A DNA stretch of 35,283 nt from Dehalococcoidia bacterium (lineage in GTDB: Bacteria; Chloroflexota; Dehalococcoidia; Lucifugimonadales; UBA3495). This document shows positions 1 to 9,827 of the stretch, piece by piece. The stretch is taken from the NCBI GenBank assembly GCA_035714945.1, contig DASTLM010000058.1, forward strand, positions 1 through 35,283, read 5' to 3'. Positions within the stretch are counted from its first letter, which is position 1. Every line of letters begins with the position of its first letter. Under the pieces are notes generated by a model. The model worked only from the letters and a program-made list of their open reading frames with translations, ran no database searches and had not been told where the DNA came from. Both the position numbers and the translations under genes were made by a program.

Positions 1-288
1 ACCAATTTCGTCGTGGAGCTCCAGAGCTATACGCCGGCGCTCGGCTTCCTGCGACGCTATCAGATGCTGGGACAGCAACTGGGACTGGTTATGGTCGGCG
101 GGTAGACCCTCAACTGTCTTGTGCTCGGTGTTACCCTTCGCGGCGGGGGTGATACCAATGGCCTTCCCCCTCGCTTCTCCTGCCTGCTGCTGCTGGGCTA
201 GTAAGGATTCCAGTTCAGCAACACGCTGACGCAATTCCACTAATTCGCCTGATTCGCCGATGGCTGGCAATGATATTTTATTATACAT
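1..288 (-). CDS. sensor histidine kinase, N-terminal 96 codons (gene runs off the left edge)
   Basis: Not in the ORF track because it is truncated by the window edge. The reverse strand from ATG at 288 is open to position 1: MYNKISLPAIGESGELVELRQRVAELESLLAQQQQ...SQEAERRRIALELHDEIG. ERRRIA-ELHD-xxG is the H-box of HisKA_3 (NarX/DegS/LiaS-type) kinases and is preceded by a coiled-coil-like segment. Confidence 0.6.
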   Translation of the reverse strand, partial: MYNKISLPAIGESGELVELRQRVAELESLLAQQQQAGEARGKAIGITPAAKGNTEHKTVEGLPADHNQSQLLSQHLIASQEAERRRIALELHDEIG

Positions 289-334
289 GGCCGGTTTCCC
301 CATTAAAGAGAATTATTATTCACTAATAGTCAGG

Positions 335-340
335 ATTATA
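335..340 (-). promoter_or_regulatory. candidate -10 box (TATAAT on the minus strand) in an AT-rich island upstream of the histidine kinase
   Basis: Plus-strand attata at 335-340 reads TATAAT on the minus strand, about 47 nt upstream of the ATG at 288. It lies in a conspicuously AT-rich stretch (289-390) of an otherwise GC-rich window. I found no convincing -35. Confidence 0.3.
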
Positions 341-391
341 TCCTATTTTTGAACCATAATGATATTGCATATTACCATCTGCAGCGGGTAG

Positions 392-637
392 ATGGACAGT
401 CAGTGGCCGGCATCTACCAACAGGGCCAGGAGGGGGGCTGCCCAGAACATCCCGCCTCATTGGAACACCTACTTCACGGTGCAGAACGCTGACCAGACAG
501 CACAAAAGGCCAGGGACGCCAGTGGAACGGTGCTGATGGAGGCGTTTGACGTATTTGACGCTGGTCGGACGGCCGTTTTGCAGGACCCCCAGGGGGCGGT
601 TTTCAGTGTCTTTCAACCAATTCACGCCAATCCTTAG
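392..637 (+). pseudogene. C-terminal remnant of a VOC/glyoxalase-family gene
   Basis: The 81-aa ORF ends ...IPPHWNTYFTVQNADQTAQKARDASGTVLMEAFDVFDAGRTAVLQDPQGAVFSVFQP. This is the typical last beta-alpha-beta-beta-beta module of VOC proteins (PPHW..YF.V.D.....A...GG.V......P..GR.AV..DPQGA.F). The N-terminal module is absent, and the upstream DNA is AT-rich non-coding sequence. Confidence 0.45.
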
Positions 638-688
638 CAGGGTGCTGAAAAAGGGGAGTCCAGAGGGGTGAAGCCCCTTTGGCAGGGG

Positions 689-707
689 TCTGGGGGTGTC
701 CCCCAGA
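689..707. repeat. perfect hairpin tctggggg-tgt-cccccaga
   Basis: 8-bp perfect stem with a 3-nt loop, 50 nt downstream of the VOC remnant. No U-tract follows, so it looks REP-like rather than a canonical terminator. Confidence 0.6.
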
Positions 708-717
708 TACAATTTCC

Positions 718-743
718 ACCCCCTTCCTGGTCAGGAAGTGGGT
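718..743. repeat. hairpin acccccttcctg-gt-caggaagtgggt
   Basis: 12-bp inverted repeat with one mismatch. It is the second palindromic element in the same non-coding stretch. Confidence 0.55.
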
Positions 744-965
744 AGGGGGATGGTCGAAAAGGGTTTTTCATCAGTCTGTTAGACCCGGAAGAGCTATGTT
801 GAGACCGTTTGAACCGCGCTGAGCAGCGCAAATAATTCTCCAGCGGTTCTAGTTGTTAATGTTGGTAACTGATGCCATACTGGTGGTGGAAATCCGTTTG
901 CGCTGGGCCAAATTGTAGAGTAGGTCCGGTATTCCTGGCCAAATACCCAGCGTCAAGGAGCTAGC

Positions 966-1928
966 GTGGCCGAACAGTCCAGCTTTGCCTACGGCGGTCA
1001 GGCCGTCATCGAAGGGGTGATGATCCGAGGTAGGAACCACTTCAGCTTGGCGGTGCGCCGTCACGACGGCAGCATTTCCCACGCCCAACAGCCGCTGAAC
1101 CCTCTGTTCACCGGACGCATCCGGCGCTTTCCCTTTTTGCGGGGAGGGGCCGTCCTCATCGAGACGCTGATGCTGGGAATAAAGACCCTGCATCAGTCGG
1201 CCAATATGGCGATGCTGGACCAAAAGGGAGCATCAGAAAATGAGATGTCCGGCTGGGCGATGGGGGTAACTCTGGGTGTTTCGCTGCTGCTGGGAATCGG
1301 AATCTTCTTCATTTTGCCTCTCTTGCTGGTCAAGCTCGTCGATTCATCCATTCCCTCGGACCTGCTCAGCAATGTCATCGAAGGTCTGTTGCGTCTGGCC
1401 ATACTGGTGGGCTACATCGGGGGCATTGGATTGATCAAAGATATCCGCCGGGTCTATGCCTACCACGGAGCCGAGCACATGGCCGTCCACGCTCACGAGG
1501 CGGGTCTGCCATTGAGCGTGGCCAACGTCCGTAAATTCGGAACGCCCCACCCTCGTTGCGGCACGGCCTTCCTGCTGACGGTGGTTCTGGTCTCGATCGT
1601 CATTTTCGCCTTTCTGGGCCGCCCCGACTTTGAGTGGAGAATCCTCTCCCGAATTGCGCTGCTGCCGGTAGTGGCTGGCGTTAGCTATGAATTCATCCGT
1701 TTCAGCGGCGCTCACCAGACCTGGATCATCGCCAGGGCGGTGGCTTTGCCGGGCTTGCTGCTGCAAAGCTTGACCACCCGACAACCCGACGACGCTCAGA
1801 TTGAGGTGGCCATCGCGGCGATGGAAGCCGCCATCGCCGCCGACGCGGGGAAGGAGTATGTAGCGTTGTTCCCGCCCCGAAAGATGGACGGAGAATTTGC
1901 CAGGCCCGTCGAGTCGATTTCAGAATAG
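966..1928 (+). CDS. DUF1385 (YqhQ-like) membrane protein
   Basis: 320 aa. The N-terminus FAYGGQAVIEGVMIRG....AVRR.DG.I, several TM helices and the YHGAEH motif are characteristic of the DUF1385 family. GTG start, with AAGGAG 5 nt upstream. Confidence 0.85.
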   Translation: MAEQSSFAYGGQAVIEGVMIRGRNHFSLAVRRHDGSISHAQQPLNPLFTGRIRRFPFLRGGAVLIETLMLGIKTLHQSANMAMLDQKGASENEMSGWAMGVTLGVSLLLGIGIFFILPLLLVKLVDSSIPSDLLSNVIEGLLRLAILVGYIGGIGLIKDIRRVYAYHGAEHMAVHAHEAGLPLSVANVRKFGTPHPRCGTAFLLTVVLVSIVIFAFLGRPDFEWRILSRIALLPVVAGVSYEFIRFSGAHQTWIIARAVALPGLLLQSLTTRQPDDAQIEVAIAAMEAAIAADAGKEYVALFPPRKMDGEFARPVESISE

Positions 1929-1956
1929 CGCGTAAGTCTTTCCCTTAACGCCGCAT

Positions 1957-1992
1957 CTTTTGCTACAACTTTTGCCATAACTTTTGATGGTA
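1957..1992. repeat. tandem repeat, 12 bp x3 (cttttgctacaa/cttttgccataa/cttttgatggta)
   Basis: Read directly from the sequence. Intergenic, ending 27 nt before the ATG at 2019. Confidence 0.85.
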
Positions 1993-2018
1993 CTGAACAA
2001 TTACCAGAGGACCTGACC

Positions 2019-2417
2019 ATGATGCCTGAACCCGATATGTGCGAGGCCTGCGGGCGCGAACTGAGCAACTGGCGGCCCGACCTCTATCACCTTCCCGATG
2101 CCAGTCAACCCACCGACATGCGGGGTATCGCCGCCCAGAACTTGAAGCGGCACAACGATGCCCTGGAGAGGCTCACCCAGCAGTTGGACCAGCTGTTGGA
2201 ATTAGCCCGTCAGGGTAATCTTGACACTCAGGGGATCGTGGAGCAACTGGACCATCTCCGCCAGAACCTGACACTCCGACACGGACTGTGCATCGACCGG
2301 GCATGCGCCCTATGCCGGGTGCACGAAGAAGCGATCAAGGAGCACGTGCTGGTCTACGTGGACTGGCGAGTGCCGGGGACCATCCAGAAGCTACAGCAGG
2401 CCCGACACCGGAACTGA
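2019..2417 (+). CDS. hypothetical protein with CxxC ... CxxxxCxxC cysteines flanking a helical middle
   Basis: 132 aa. N-terminal CEAC, C-terminal CIDRACALC, and a Q/L-rich helical region between them. AGAGGA lies upstream of the ATG. I recognise no family. Confidence 0.5.
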   Translation: MMPEPDMCEACGRELSNWRPDLYHLPDASQPTDMRGIAAQNLKRHNDALERLTQQLDQLLELARQGNLDTQGIVEQLDHLRQNLTLRHGLCIDRACALCRVHEEAIKEHVLVYVDWRVPGTIQKLQQARHRN

Positions 2418-2430
2418 TGGGATATCAAAA

Positions 2431-2465
2431 GCCCCTCGTCCCGACGGTTGCGGAGGATGAGGGGC
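2431..2465. terminator. candidate bidirectional hairpin between convergent genes
   Basis: gcccctc(2431-2437) ... gaggggc(2459-2465), with an inner tcc/gga pair. It sits between the stop at 2417 (+) and the stop at 2543 (-). An A-run (aaaa) precedes it; the T-tract is weak. Confidence 0.35.
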
Positions 2466-2542
2466 CCCGCCGGCATCTGGGCCTGAGGGCCTTCCCCTGG
2501 TCTCCGCCGGTTAGAAAGGCTCCCGCGATCCAGGCCCACCCA

Positions 2543-3022
2543 TCAGCGCTGGGTATATAGGAGTTCCCGGGCGTCGTTCAAGAGTTCCTCATCACTTCGG
2601 GACAGGTCCAGAGGGTCGCCGTGGGGCTGGGGAACCGGGAAACCGGTCCGGTAGTAAAGCTCGACCCGGTTATTTTCGGGGTCAAAAAAGTACATACCGA
2701 AGGCGTTGCCGTGGCTGACAATGCGGTCAATCTTCAGGTTCTCTGCTTCAATCATCTCTTTGTACTCGCGCAGGTCCTGAATTGTGGGTACTTTGAAGGA
2801 GATCTGCTGGATTAGCTGAGCCTCGTCCGAGGCCTTCCGGCCTTTCATCAGCACGAATTCGTGGTGCTCGGATACCGGGTCGGAGCTGAGAAAGCACATG
2901 CCCCGGCCGTCCAGATCTTCGTCGGCCACGTTGAGTCCGATAACCCGGGTGTAAAAATCGCGCATTTTCATCAAATCTCGGGCGTAAATACCCACATGTC
3001 CCAGTCCGGTTGTCTGCGCCAT
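2543..3022 (-). CDS. VOC family protein (glyoxalase/extradiol dioxygenase fold)
   Basis: 159 aa. LGHVGIYARDLMKMRDFYTRVIGL ... HH.EF ... HGNAFGMYFFDPENNRVELY is the typical VOC pattern. ATG start, with GGAGG 10 nt upstream. Confidence 0.85.
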   Translation of the reverse strand: MAQTTGLGHVGIYARDLMKMRDFYTRVIGLNVADEDLDGRGMCFLSSDPVSEHHEFVLMKGRKASDEAQLIQQISFKVPTIQDLREYKEMIEAENLKIDRIVSHGNAFGMYFFDPENNRVELYYRTGFPVPQPHGDPLDLSRSDEELLNDARELLYTQR

Positions 3023-3036
3023 ACTTTCTTCGCCTC

Positions 3037-3063
3037 CTGTTTATCTGGCCTGGTTTATCTGGC
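3037..3063. repeat. tandem repeat, 13/14 bp x2 (ctgtttatctggc / ctggtttatctggc)
   Basis: Read directly. It starts 15 nt upstream of the VOC ATG (3022), immediately 5' of its Shine-Dalgarno. Confidence 0.85.
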
Positions 3064-3168
3064 CTGCAGGTGTATCGGGTAAGAGGATTCAATTATAACA
3101 CCACCGGAAACCAGGGGGTCTATTACTCCAACCGGGAGAGTCATAGCCTGGGCTGGCGAGGATTCTGG

Positions 3169-3822
3169 TCAGCCCCTGGCTGACTCGACCAACCGCACCA
3201 CCTCAGCTACCACTGGAGAAATGTCCCGGGAGGAATCTACCTTCAGGTGAGGGAGGCTGACGGGTGCTTCCCCGGGGCGAAGGCGGCAGTATATCCGCCA
3301 GTTGGCATCCGAGTGGCTGTCATTGGCCAGCCCGGCGGCGCGGGCGTCCAGCCTGCGCCGGACTAAATCTGTGGGCGCGGTAAACCGGACCAGGGTCAGT
3401 GGAGCTGCGGTATTCTCCGCGATATCGTAGAGCGGGCGCCTGAACCCATCGGTCAGGTTGGTGGCATCGAAAACCACTCGGTAGGCTTCTTTCAGCAAGT
3501 CCTCGATCAACTGATGGCAGGCGGCGAAGACCCGGGCATGCTCACCACGGGTGTATCTGGGCCGGGACACCAGGGCTTTCCGCATCCGGTCGCTGCCCAC
3601 GACCAGGACCGGAATCCGCCGGGACAATTCGCTGGCGAAGTGAGACTTGCCGGTGCCGGGCAGTCCGCTCAGGACGATCAGATAGGGCTCACTGAGGATC
3701 TCTTGAGGATATTGACGCAGCTCGCCATCCAGGGCTTGACGCAGTCTCGCTACGTCCCGCGCCGGGGTTGGTTCAGTGCGGTTCGAGTTTGGCAAATTGC
3801 TGGCCAGGGGTGGCTCCAGCAC
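3169..3822 (-). CDS. P-loop NTPase / predicted kinase (AAA_33-like)
   Basis: 217 aa. Walker A LSGLPGTGKSHFA, followed by the VVGSD and FDATN motifs typical of small-molecule/zeta-like kinases. GTG start is uncertain. Confidence 0.7.
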   Translation of the reverse strand: MLEPPLASNLPNSNRTEPTPARDVARLRQALDGELRQYPQEILSEPYLIVLSGLPGTGKSHFASELSRRIPVLVVGSDRMRKALVSRPRYTRGEHARVFAACHQLIEDLLKEAYRVVFDATNLTDGFRRPLYDIAENTAAPLTLVRFTAPTDLVRRRLDARAAGLANDSHSDANWRIYCRLRPGEAPVSLPHLKVDSSRDISPVVAEVVRLVESARG

Positions 3823-3831
3823 CAGTCCGGA

Positions 3832-4125
3832 CTAGACCCTATCGCGCAAGAAACGTTGTATTAGCTGCAGCAAAATAATCGCAACGATTGGGCTGAAGTC
3901 GAACATTGATAAAGCTGGTACCAGGCGGAGCAGCGTACGGGACAGTAGGACCCGTATGGGACCCAGAATCGGCTCAGTGATCTGGCCCAGGCCCCGATAT
4001 ATCTGCGCCAGGATTGGATTGGGAGTCGCGCCCAACATGGGTATGACGAAGGATAGAATTATCCGGCCGAGTATCGCAAAGTAGAGCAGGTTGAATATCG
4101 CATCAATCAGGCCGCCTGCTGTCAC
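3832..4125 (-). CDS. yggT: YggT family membrane protein
   Basis: 97 aa and hydrophobic, with a YggT-like pattern (RIILSFV...ITEPILGPIR...DFSPIVAIILL). It is next to proC, which is a common YggT context. GTG start, with GGGGAG upstream. Confidence 0.8.
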   Translation of the reverse strand: MTAGGLIDAIFNLLYFAILGRIILSFVIPMLGATPNPILAQIYRGLGQITEPILGPIRVLLSRTLLRLVPALSMFDFSPIVAIILLQLIQRFLRDRV

Positions 4126-4139
4126 GCCAAACGTCTCCC

Positions 4140-4943
4140 CTAGCCCTGGCCCAGCTTGATTGATTTGATGTAGGCGGCGTTTACCGCATTGACGATGGCT
4201 GCCGGAACACCGGCCTGCTCCAGGGCCTGAACCCCTTCGGCGGTAGTGCCGCCCGGCGACACCACCATGTCCTTCAGTTCGGCCGGATGTTTGCCGGTGT
4301 CCATCACCAGCCGGGTGCTGCCGTAGACCATCTGCAGGGCCAGGGTACGGGACATGTCGCGGGGCAACCCGACGTACACTCCGGCGTCGATCAGGGCCTC
4401 GATGAACAGGAACACATACGCCGGGCCGCTGGCGCTCAACGCCGTGGCCATATCCAGGTACTTTTCATCGTCAACGTAGATTTCCCGCCCCACGGTACTT
4501 AGAATCGACCGGGTCATCTCTCGTTGGGCGGCACCAACTTCTCTGGCAGCGGTCCACAGGCTCATGCCATGCCCGATCTGGGCGGGTGTATTGGGCATGA
4601 CCCGAATAACGGTGGGGTGACCCAGGCCGTCGATCAGGGTGGACATCCTGGCCCCGGCGATGATGGAAAGCCCGGCCTGTCCCGCCTTCAGTTTGCCCCG
4701 GAGTTGCTGGGATACCTTGGACAGATCCTGGGGCTTGATGGCCAACACCACCAGGTCGCCGGTTTGGGTGGCCCTCAGGTTGTCTGGAGTGGTCTGGACG
4801 CCGTAATGGCTCTCAAGGTACCGACAGCGGTCGGGGATCGGTTCCCCGACGCAGATGTCTCCGGGGGCGGCCAGTTTTGCCGAGATCACGCCGCTAATGA
4901 TGGCTTCGGCCATGGTGCCGCCGCCGATAAATGTTAGTTTCAT
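4140..4943 (-). CDS. proC: pyrroline-5-carboxylate reductase
   Basis: 267 aa. Contains MKLTFIGGGTMAEAII (Rossmann), RVMPNTPA and SPGGTT, the ProC signature motifs. Confidence 0.92.
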   Translation of the reverse strand: MKLTFIGGGTMAEAIISGVISAKLAAPGDICVGEPIPDRCRYLESHYGVQTTPDNLRATQTGDLVVLAIKPQDLSKVSQQLRGKLKAGQAGLSIIAGARMSTLIDGLGHPTVIRVMPNTPAQIGHGMSLWTAAREVGAAQREMTRSILSTVGREIYVDDEKYLDMATALSASGPAYVFLFIEALIDAGVYVGLPRDMSRTLALQMVYGSTRLVMDTGKHPAELKDMVVSPGGTTAEGVQALEQAGVPAAIVNAVNAAYIKSIKLGQG

Positions 4944-5015
4944 GAGGTATTTGGCAATTCGTTTATCGCTGCTGGGTGTCGGAGACCATTATACCATCTG
5001 GAAAATAATAATCGA

Positions 5016-5050
5016 GAAAAATACCGGGACTAGAAAAAATACCGGGACTA
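5016..5050. repeat. tandem repeat, 17/18 bp x2 (gaaaaa(a)taccgggacta)
   Basis: Read directly. The last three bases of the second copy (cta, 5048-5050) are the pdxA TAG stop codon on the minus strand. Confidence 0.9.
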
Positions 5051-6064
5051 GAAATCGGAGAGGCCGTTGCCCCTGGCCAGCCCCACTGCCAGGCGGATCG
5101 ACTCCAGCATGCTGGTGGGGTCGGCGATGCCTTTGCCGGCAATGTCGAAGGCGGTACCGTGGTCTACCGAAGTCCGCACGAAGGGCAGTCCCAGGTTGGC
5201 GGTGATGCTTTCGGCAAAACCATAGACCTTGACCGGGATGTGCCCCTGATCGTGGTACATGCAAAGCACCGTGTCGTAGCGGCCCTGGATTGCCTGGTGG
5301 AATACGATGTCGGCGGGTATCGGTCCCACCACGTTGATGCCCCGTTCTCGGGCCTCCTTCACCGCCGGTGCAATCTCCTCGGCCTCTTCGCTGCCCAGCA
5401 GTCCGCCGTCGCTGCCGTGGGGGTTCAGCGCCGCCGCTGCGATGCGCGGGTCGGTAAACCCCCATTTGACGAAGCTGTCGTGAGTCAATTGCAGGAAGTC
5501 CAGAATGCGGGCCTTCTTCACATAGTCGCAGGCCAGTCGCAGGGAGCGGTGGGTGGTCAGGTGCACCACCCGCAGGTTCCTGGCCAGCAGCATGGTTGCC
5601 ACGGTCTTGGCCCCGGACAGTTCCTGAAGCAGTTCCATGTGCCCGATGGACTGGAACCCGGCCAGGCTGGCGGCTTCCTTGTTCAGGGGCGCGGTGGCCA
5701 GCCCATCCACAATACCGGCCAGGGCCAGTTGGCCCGCCTTGGACACCCACTCCATGGCCGCCTTGCCGCAGGGGATGCTGATCTGGCCGACGGTGATATC
5801 CTCCGGGTTCAGGTTGTGGATGTCCACCACGTCCACCACGCCGGGATGCTCACCAGCGGTGGTGGGGTCGCTGGACTCGTTGATGGTCAGGGGCAGGCCG
5901 GTGAGCTGGACCGCCTGCCGCATGGCGAAGCTGTTGCCCACCACCACCGGGCGGCAGGAGGCGTAGACCCGGGGGTCGGACAGGGCTTTGACCACCACTT
6001 CCGGCCCGATGCCGCACGGGTCTCCCATGGTGATGGCGATGGTCGGTCTTTCATTTGCTAGCAT
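5048..6064 (-). CDS. pdxA: 4-hydroxythreonine-4-phosphate dehydrogenase family (PdxA)
   Basis: 338 aa. IAITMGDPCGIGPE, HGSDGG..G.EE, MYHDQGHIP and TSVDHGTAFDIAGKG are PdxA-family hallmarks. Confidence 0.9.
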   Translation of the reverse strand: MLANERPTIAITMGDPCGIGPEVVVKALSDPRVYASCRPVVVGNSFAMRQAVQLTGLPLTINESSDPTTAGEHPGVVDVVDIHNLNPEDITVGQISIPCGKAAMEWVSKAGQLALAGIVDGLATAPLNKEAASLAGFQSIGHMELLQELSGAKTVATMLLARNLRVVHLTTHRSLRLACDYVKKARILDFLQLTHDSFVKWGFTDPRIAAAALNPHGSDGGLLGSEEAEEIAPAVKEARERGINVVGPIPADIVFHQAIQGRYDTVLCMYHDQGHIPVKVYGFAESITANLGLPFVRTSVDHGTAFDIAGKGIADPTSMLESIRLAVGLARGNGLSDF

Positions 6065-6124
6065 GATTGAATGCTCCGGAAAGGGGAATTTGTAACATTT
6101 TGTTGAGTTTTGACCGACTTTCCC

Positions 6125-8572
<2,448 letters not shown>

Positions 8573-8590
8573 TTTCCCTTCCCCCTCCGA

Positions 8591-8636
8591 TTATCAATTG
8601 TTCCCGTTATCAATTGTTCCCGTTATCAATGGTCCC
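8591..8636. repeat. tandem repeat, 16 bp x~2.9 (ttatcaattgttcccg) in the nrdJ 5' leader
   Basis: Read directly. It starts 19 nt upstream of the nrdJ start. Each unit contains the palindrome caattg. Confidence 0.9.
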
Positions 8637-8670
8637 GGCAGCCTCCGCCGCCCAACTGGTAGTTCACCCC

Positions 8671-9201
8671 TCAGTTTGAGCCCGTGACCGGGTTCATTGA
8701 CAAGCGCCGGGCCTTGCCCGCCAGCATCAGGTCCAGGATAACCTCCCGGTAGAAGTACATCACCGGCACCAGGCGAGTCTCCCCAAACCCGCCGCCGGCG
8801 ATCCTCCGGAAGGATCCGCTGGTCAGGAAGTTGAACACCAGATCACTGGTCTCCAACCACCGGCCGGAAAGACCTCTATCGCCGGAAAGACCTCTATTGA
8901 AGGAACCTATGAAGGCACCGACAATGGTGCTCAACGAGCCTGCCTCGACTCGGTTGATAACACCGGAACGCAAGCGCAACTTCTGCTCAGCCAAAACATC
9001 AATCAGCAGATCGGCCAGGTCTTTGAAGGCCCCGTCCGCCAGCGGGTGGTTGTACTCCAGTTCCAGGGTAACCCCGGTACTGTCGCAACTGCACTGCTTG
9101 ACATTGAAGTTCCGGCTCAATGATTGTACGATTGCCTCCTCGTGCCCCACGGGAGATGGTTGACATTGTGCCTGCACCAGGTATTTTATGTATCCTTCCA
9201 A
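8671..9201 (-). CDS. hypothetical protein (orf176) between nrdR and nrdJ
   Basis: 176 aa with balanced composition, whereas the overlapping plus-strand ORF is S/R/P-rich and looks like antisense noise. TTG start, with GAAGGAG 5 nt upstream. Contains an in-frame 18-bp duplication. No family recognised. Confidence 0.5.
   Translation of the reverse strand: MEGYIKYLVQAQCQPSPVGHEEAIVQSLSRNFNVKQCSCDSTGVTLELEYNHPLADGAFKDLADLLIDVLAEQKLRLRSGVINRVEAGSLSTIVGAFIGSFNRGLSGDRGLSGRWLETSDLVFNFLTSGSFRRIAGGGFGETRLVPVMYFYREVILDLMLAGKARRLSMNPVTGSN
8863..8898. repeat. tandem repeat, 18 bp x2 (gccggaaagacctctat[c/t]), in frame in orf176
   Basis: Read directly. Encodes RGLSGD-RGLSG. Confidence 0.9.
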
Positions 9202-9236
9202 CAGTACTCCTTCTACCAGTACTCCTCGTTAGTACT
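9202..9236. repeat. period-15 repeat (cagtactcct...) abutting the orf176 start
   Basis: The minus strand reads ...GAGGAGTACTGGTAGAAGGAGTACTG-TTGGAAGGATAC. The GGAGTACTG (SD plus spacer) unit occurs twice, and a degenerate third copy runs into the first codons. Confidence 0.75.
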
Positions 9237-9257
9237 ACAGTCACAGTTCTCACTGGT

Positions 9258-9345
9258 TACCCTCACCCCAGCCCTCTCCCAAAGGGAGAGGGCGCCAAGT
9301 CCCTTGTCCCTTGAAGGAGAAGGTCAGGATGAGGGTGAGACCCTT
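9258..9345. repeat. REP-like palindromic element
   Basis: Perfect 10-bp stem gccctctccc-aaa-gggagagggc (9271-9293), nested inside accctca ... tgagggt. No U-tract on either strand. Confidence 0.6.
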
Positions 9346-9406
9346 CTCTAACATGTGCGGCTGTAGTATTAGGCCATTACTCCTCGTCAGGCGTTGACAA
9401 TTCCAT

Positions 9407-9442
9407 CGGATAATGGACCGGATAATGGACCGGATAATGGAC
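9407..9442. repeat. tandem repeat, 12 bp x3 (cggataatggac)
   Basis: Three perfect copies in the 386-bp gap between orf79 and orf176. Confidence 0.95.
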
Positions 9443-9587
9443 CTTAATATTGCGGGCATTCCAGCGCCAATCGGGCGATTTTTCCCTTATGTTTTAACAC
9501 TTTTGCCCCACTGTTTCGCTGGCCTGGTGTCAGTGTTTCCGCCAACTGTCCCGTCTCGAATCAAGCCAGGGGGACCGATTCGCTAAT

Positions 9588-9827
9588 CTAGTCCTCATAA
9601 ATCTCGGGCATGGCCAGCCAGCAGGAGACCAGGCTAGCCCGCACTTCACGGTCAATCTCGTTCTGTAAATCGGCCAGAGGGTTGATTCGCAGGCCTTCCG
9701 GCAATTCATCCAGTTCGGTTTCGCCGATGGTCACCTGCATCCGGTTCAGCAAATCTTCCAGGTCATGTACCCGGTTGTTGTGGTCTAAAAGCCTGGCGAG
9801 AGCGGCGTATTGAACATTACTACTCAT
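9588..9827 (-). CDS. hypothetical small acidic protein (orf79), translationally coupled to nrdR
   Basis: MSSNVQYAALARLLDHNNRVHDLEDLL... Its ATG at 9827 overlaps the nrdR stop (ATGAGTAG, 8-nt overlap). The ORF track gives a longer 86-aa version starting at 9848. No family recognised. Confidence 0.45.
   Translation of the reverse strand: MSSNVQYAALARLLDHNNRVHDLEDLLNRMQVTIGETELDELPEGLRINPLADLQNEIDREVRASLVSCWLAMPEIYED

Noticed and set aside
323-831. 129-aa and 65-aa minus-strand ORFs across the VOC remnant and the hairpin region
   Set aside because: They overlap the homology-supported plus-strand VOC fragment and run through palindromic elements. The P/G-rich composition is implausible for a real protein.
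5159-6061. 300-aa plus-strand ORF, together with the 253-aa minus-strand ORF at 4989-5750, overlapping pdxA
   Set aside because: Both lie entirely within or overlap the well-supported pdxA gene. Their G/R/P/H-rich composition is typical of off-frame or antisense translation in GC-rich DNA.
9202-9587. Cobalamin riboswitch upstream of orf176/nrdJ (ccccactgt on the plus strand; AGGGAA...GGCG...CCCGCAA on the minus strand)
   Set aside because: The plus-strand match is on the wrong strand for the downstream genes. The minus-strand string lacks the GCCACTG core and the conserved B12-box arrangement. The resemblance is too weak to report.
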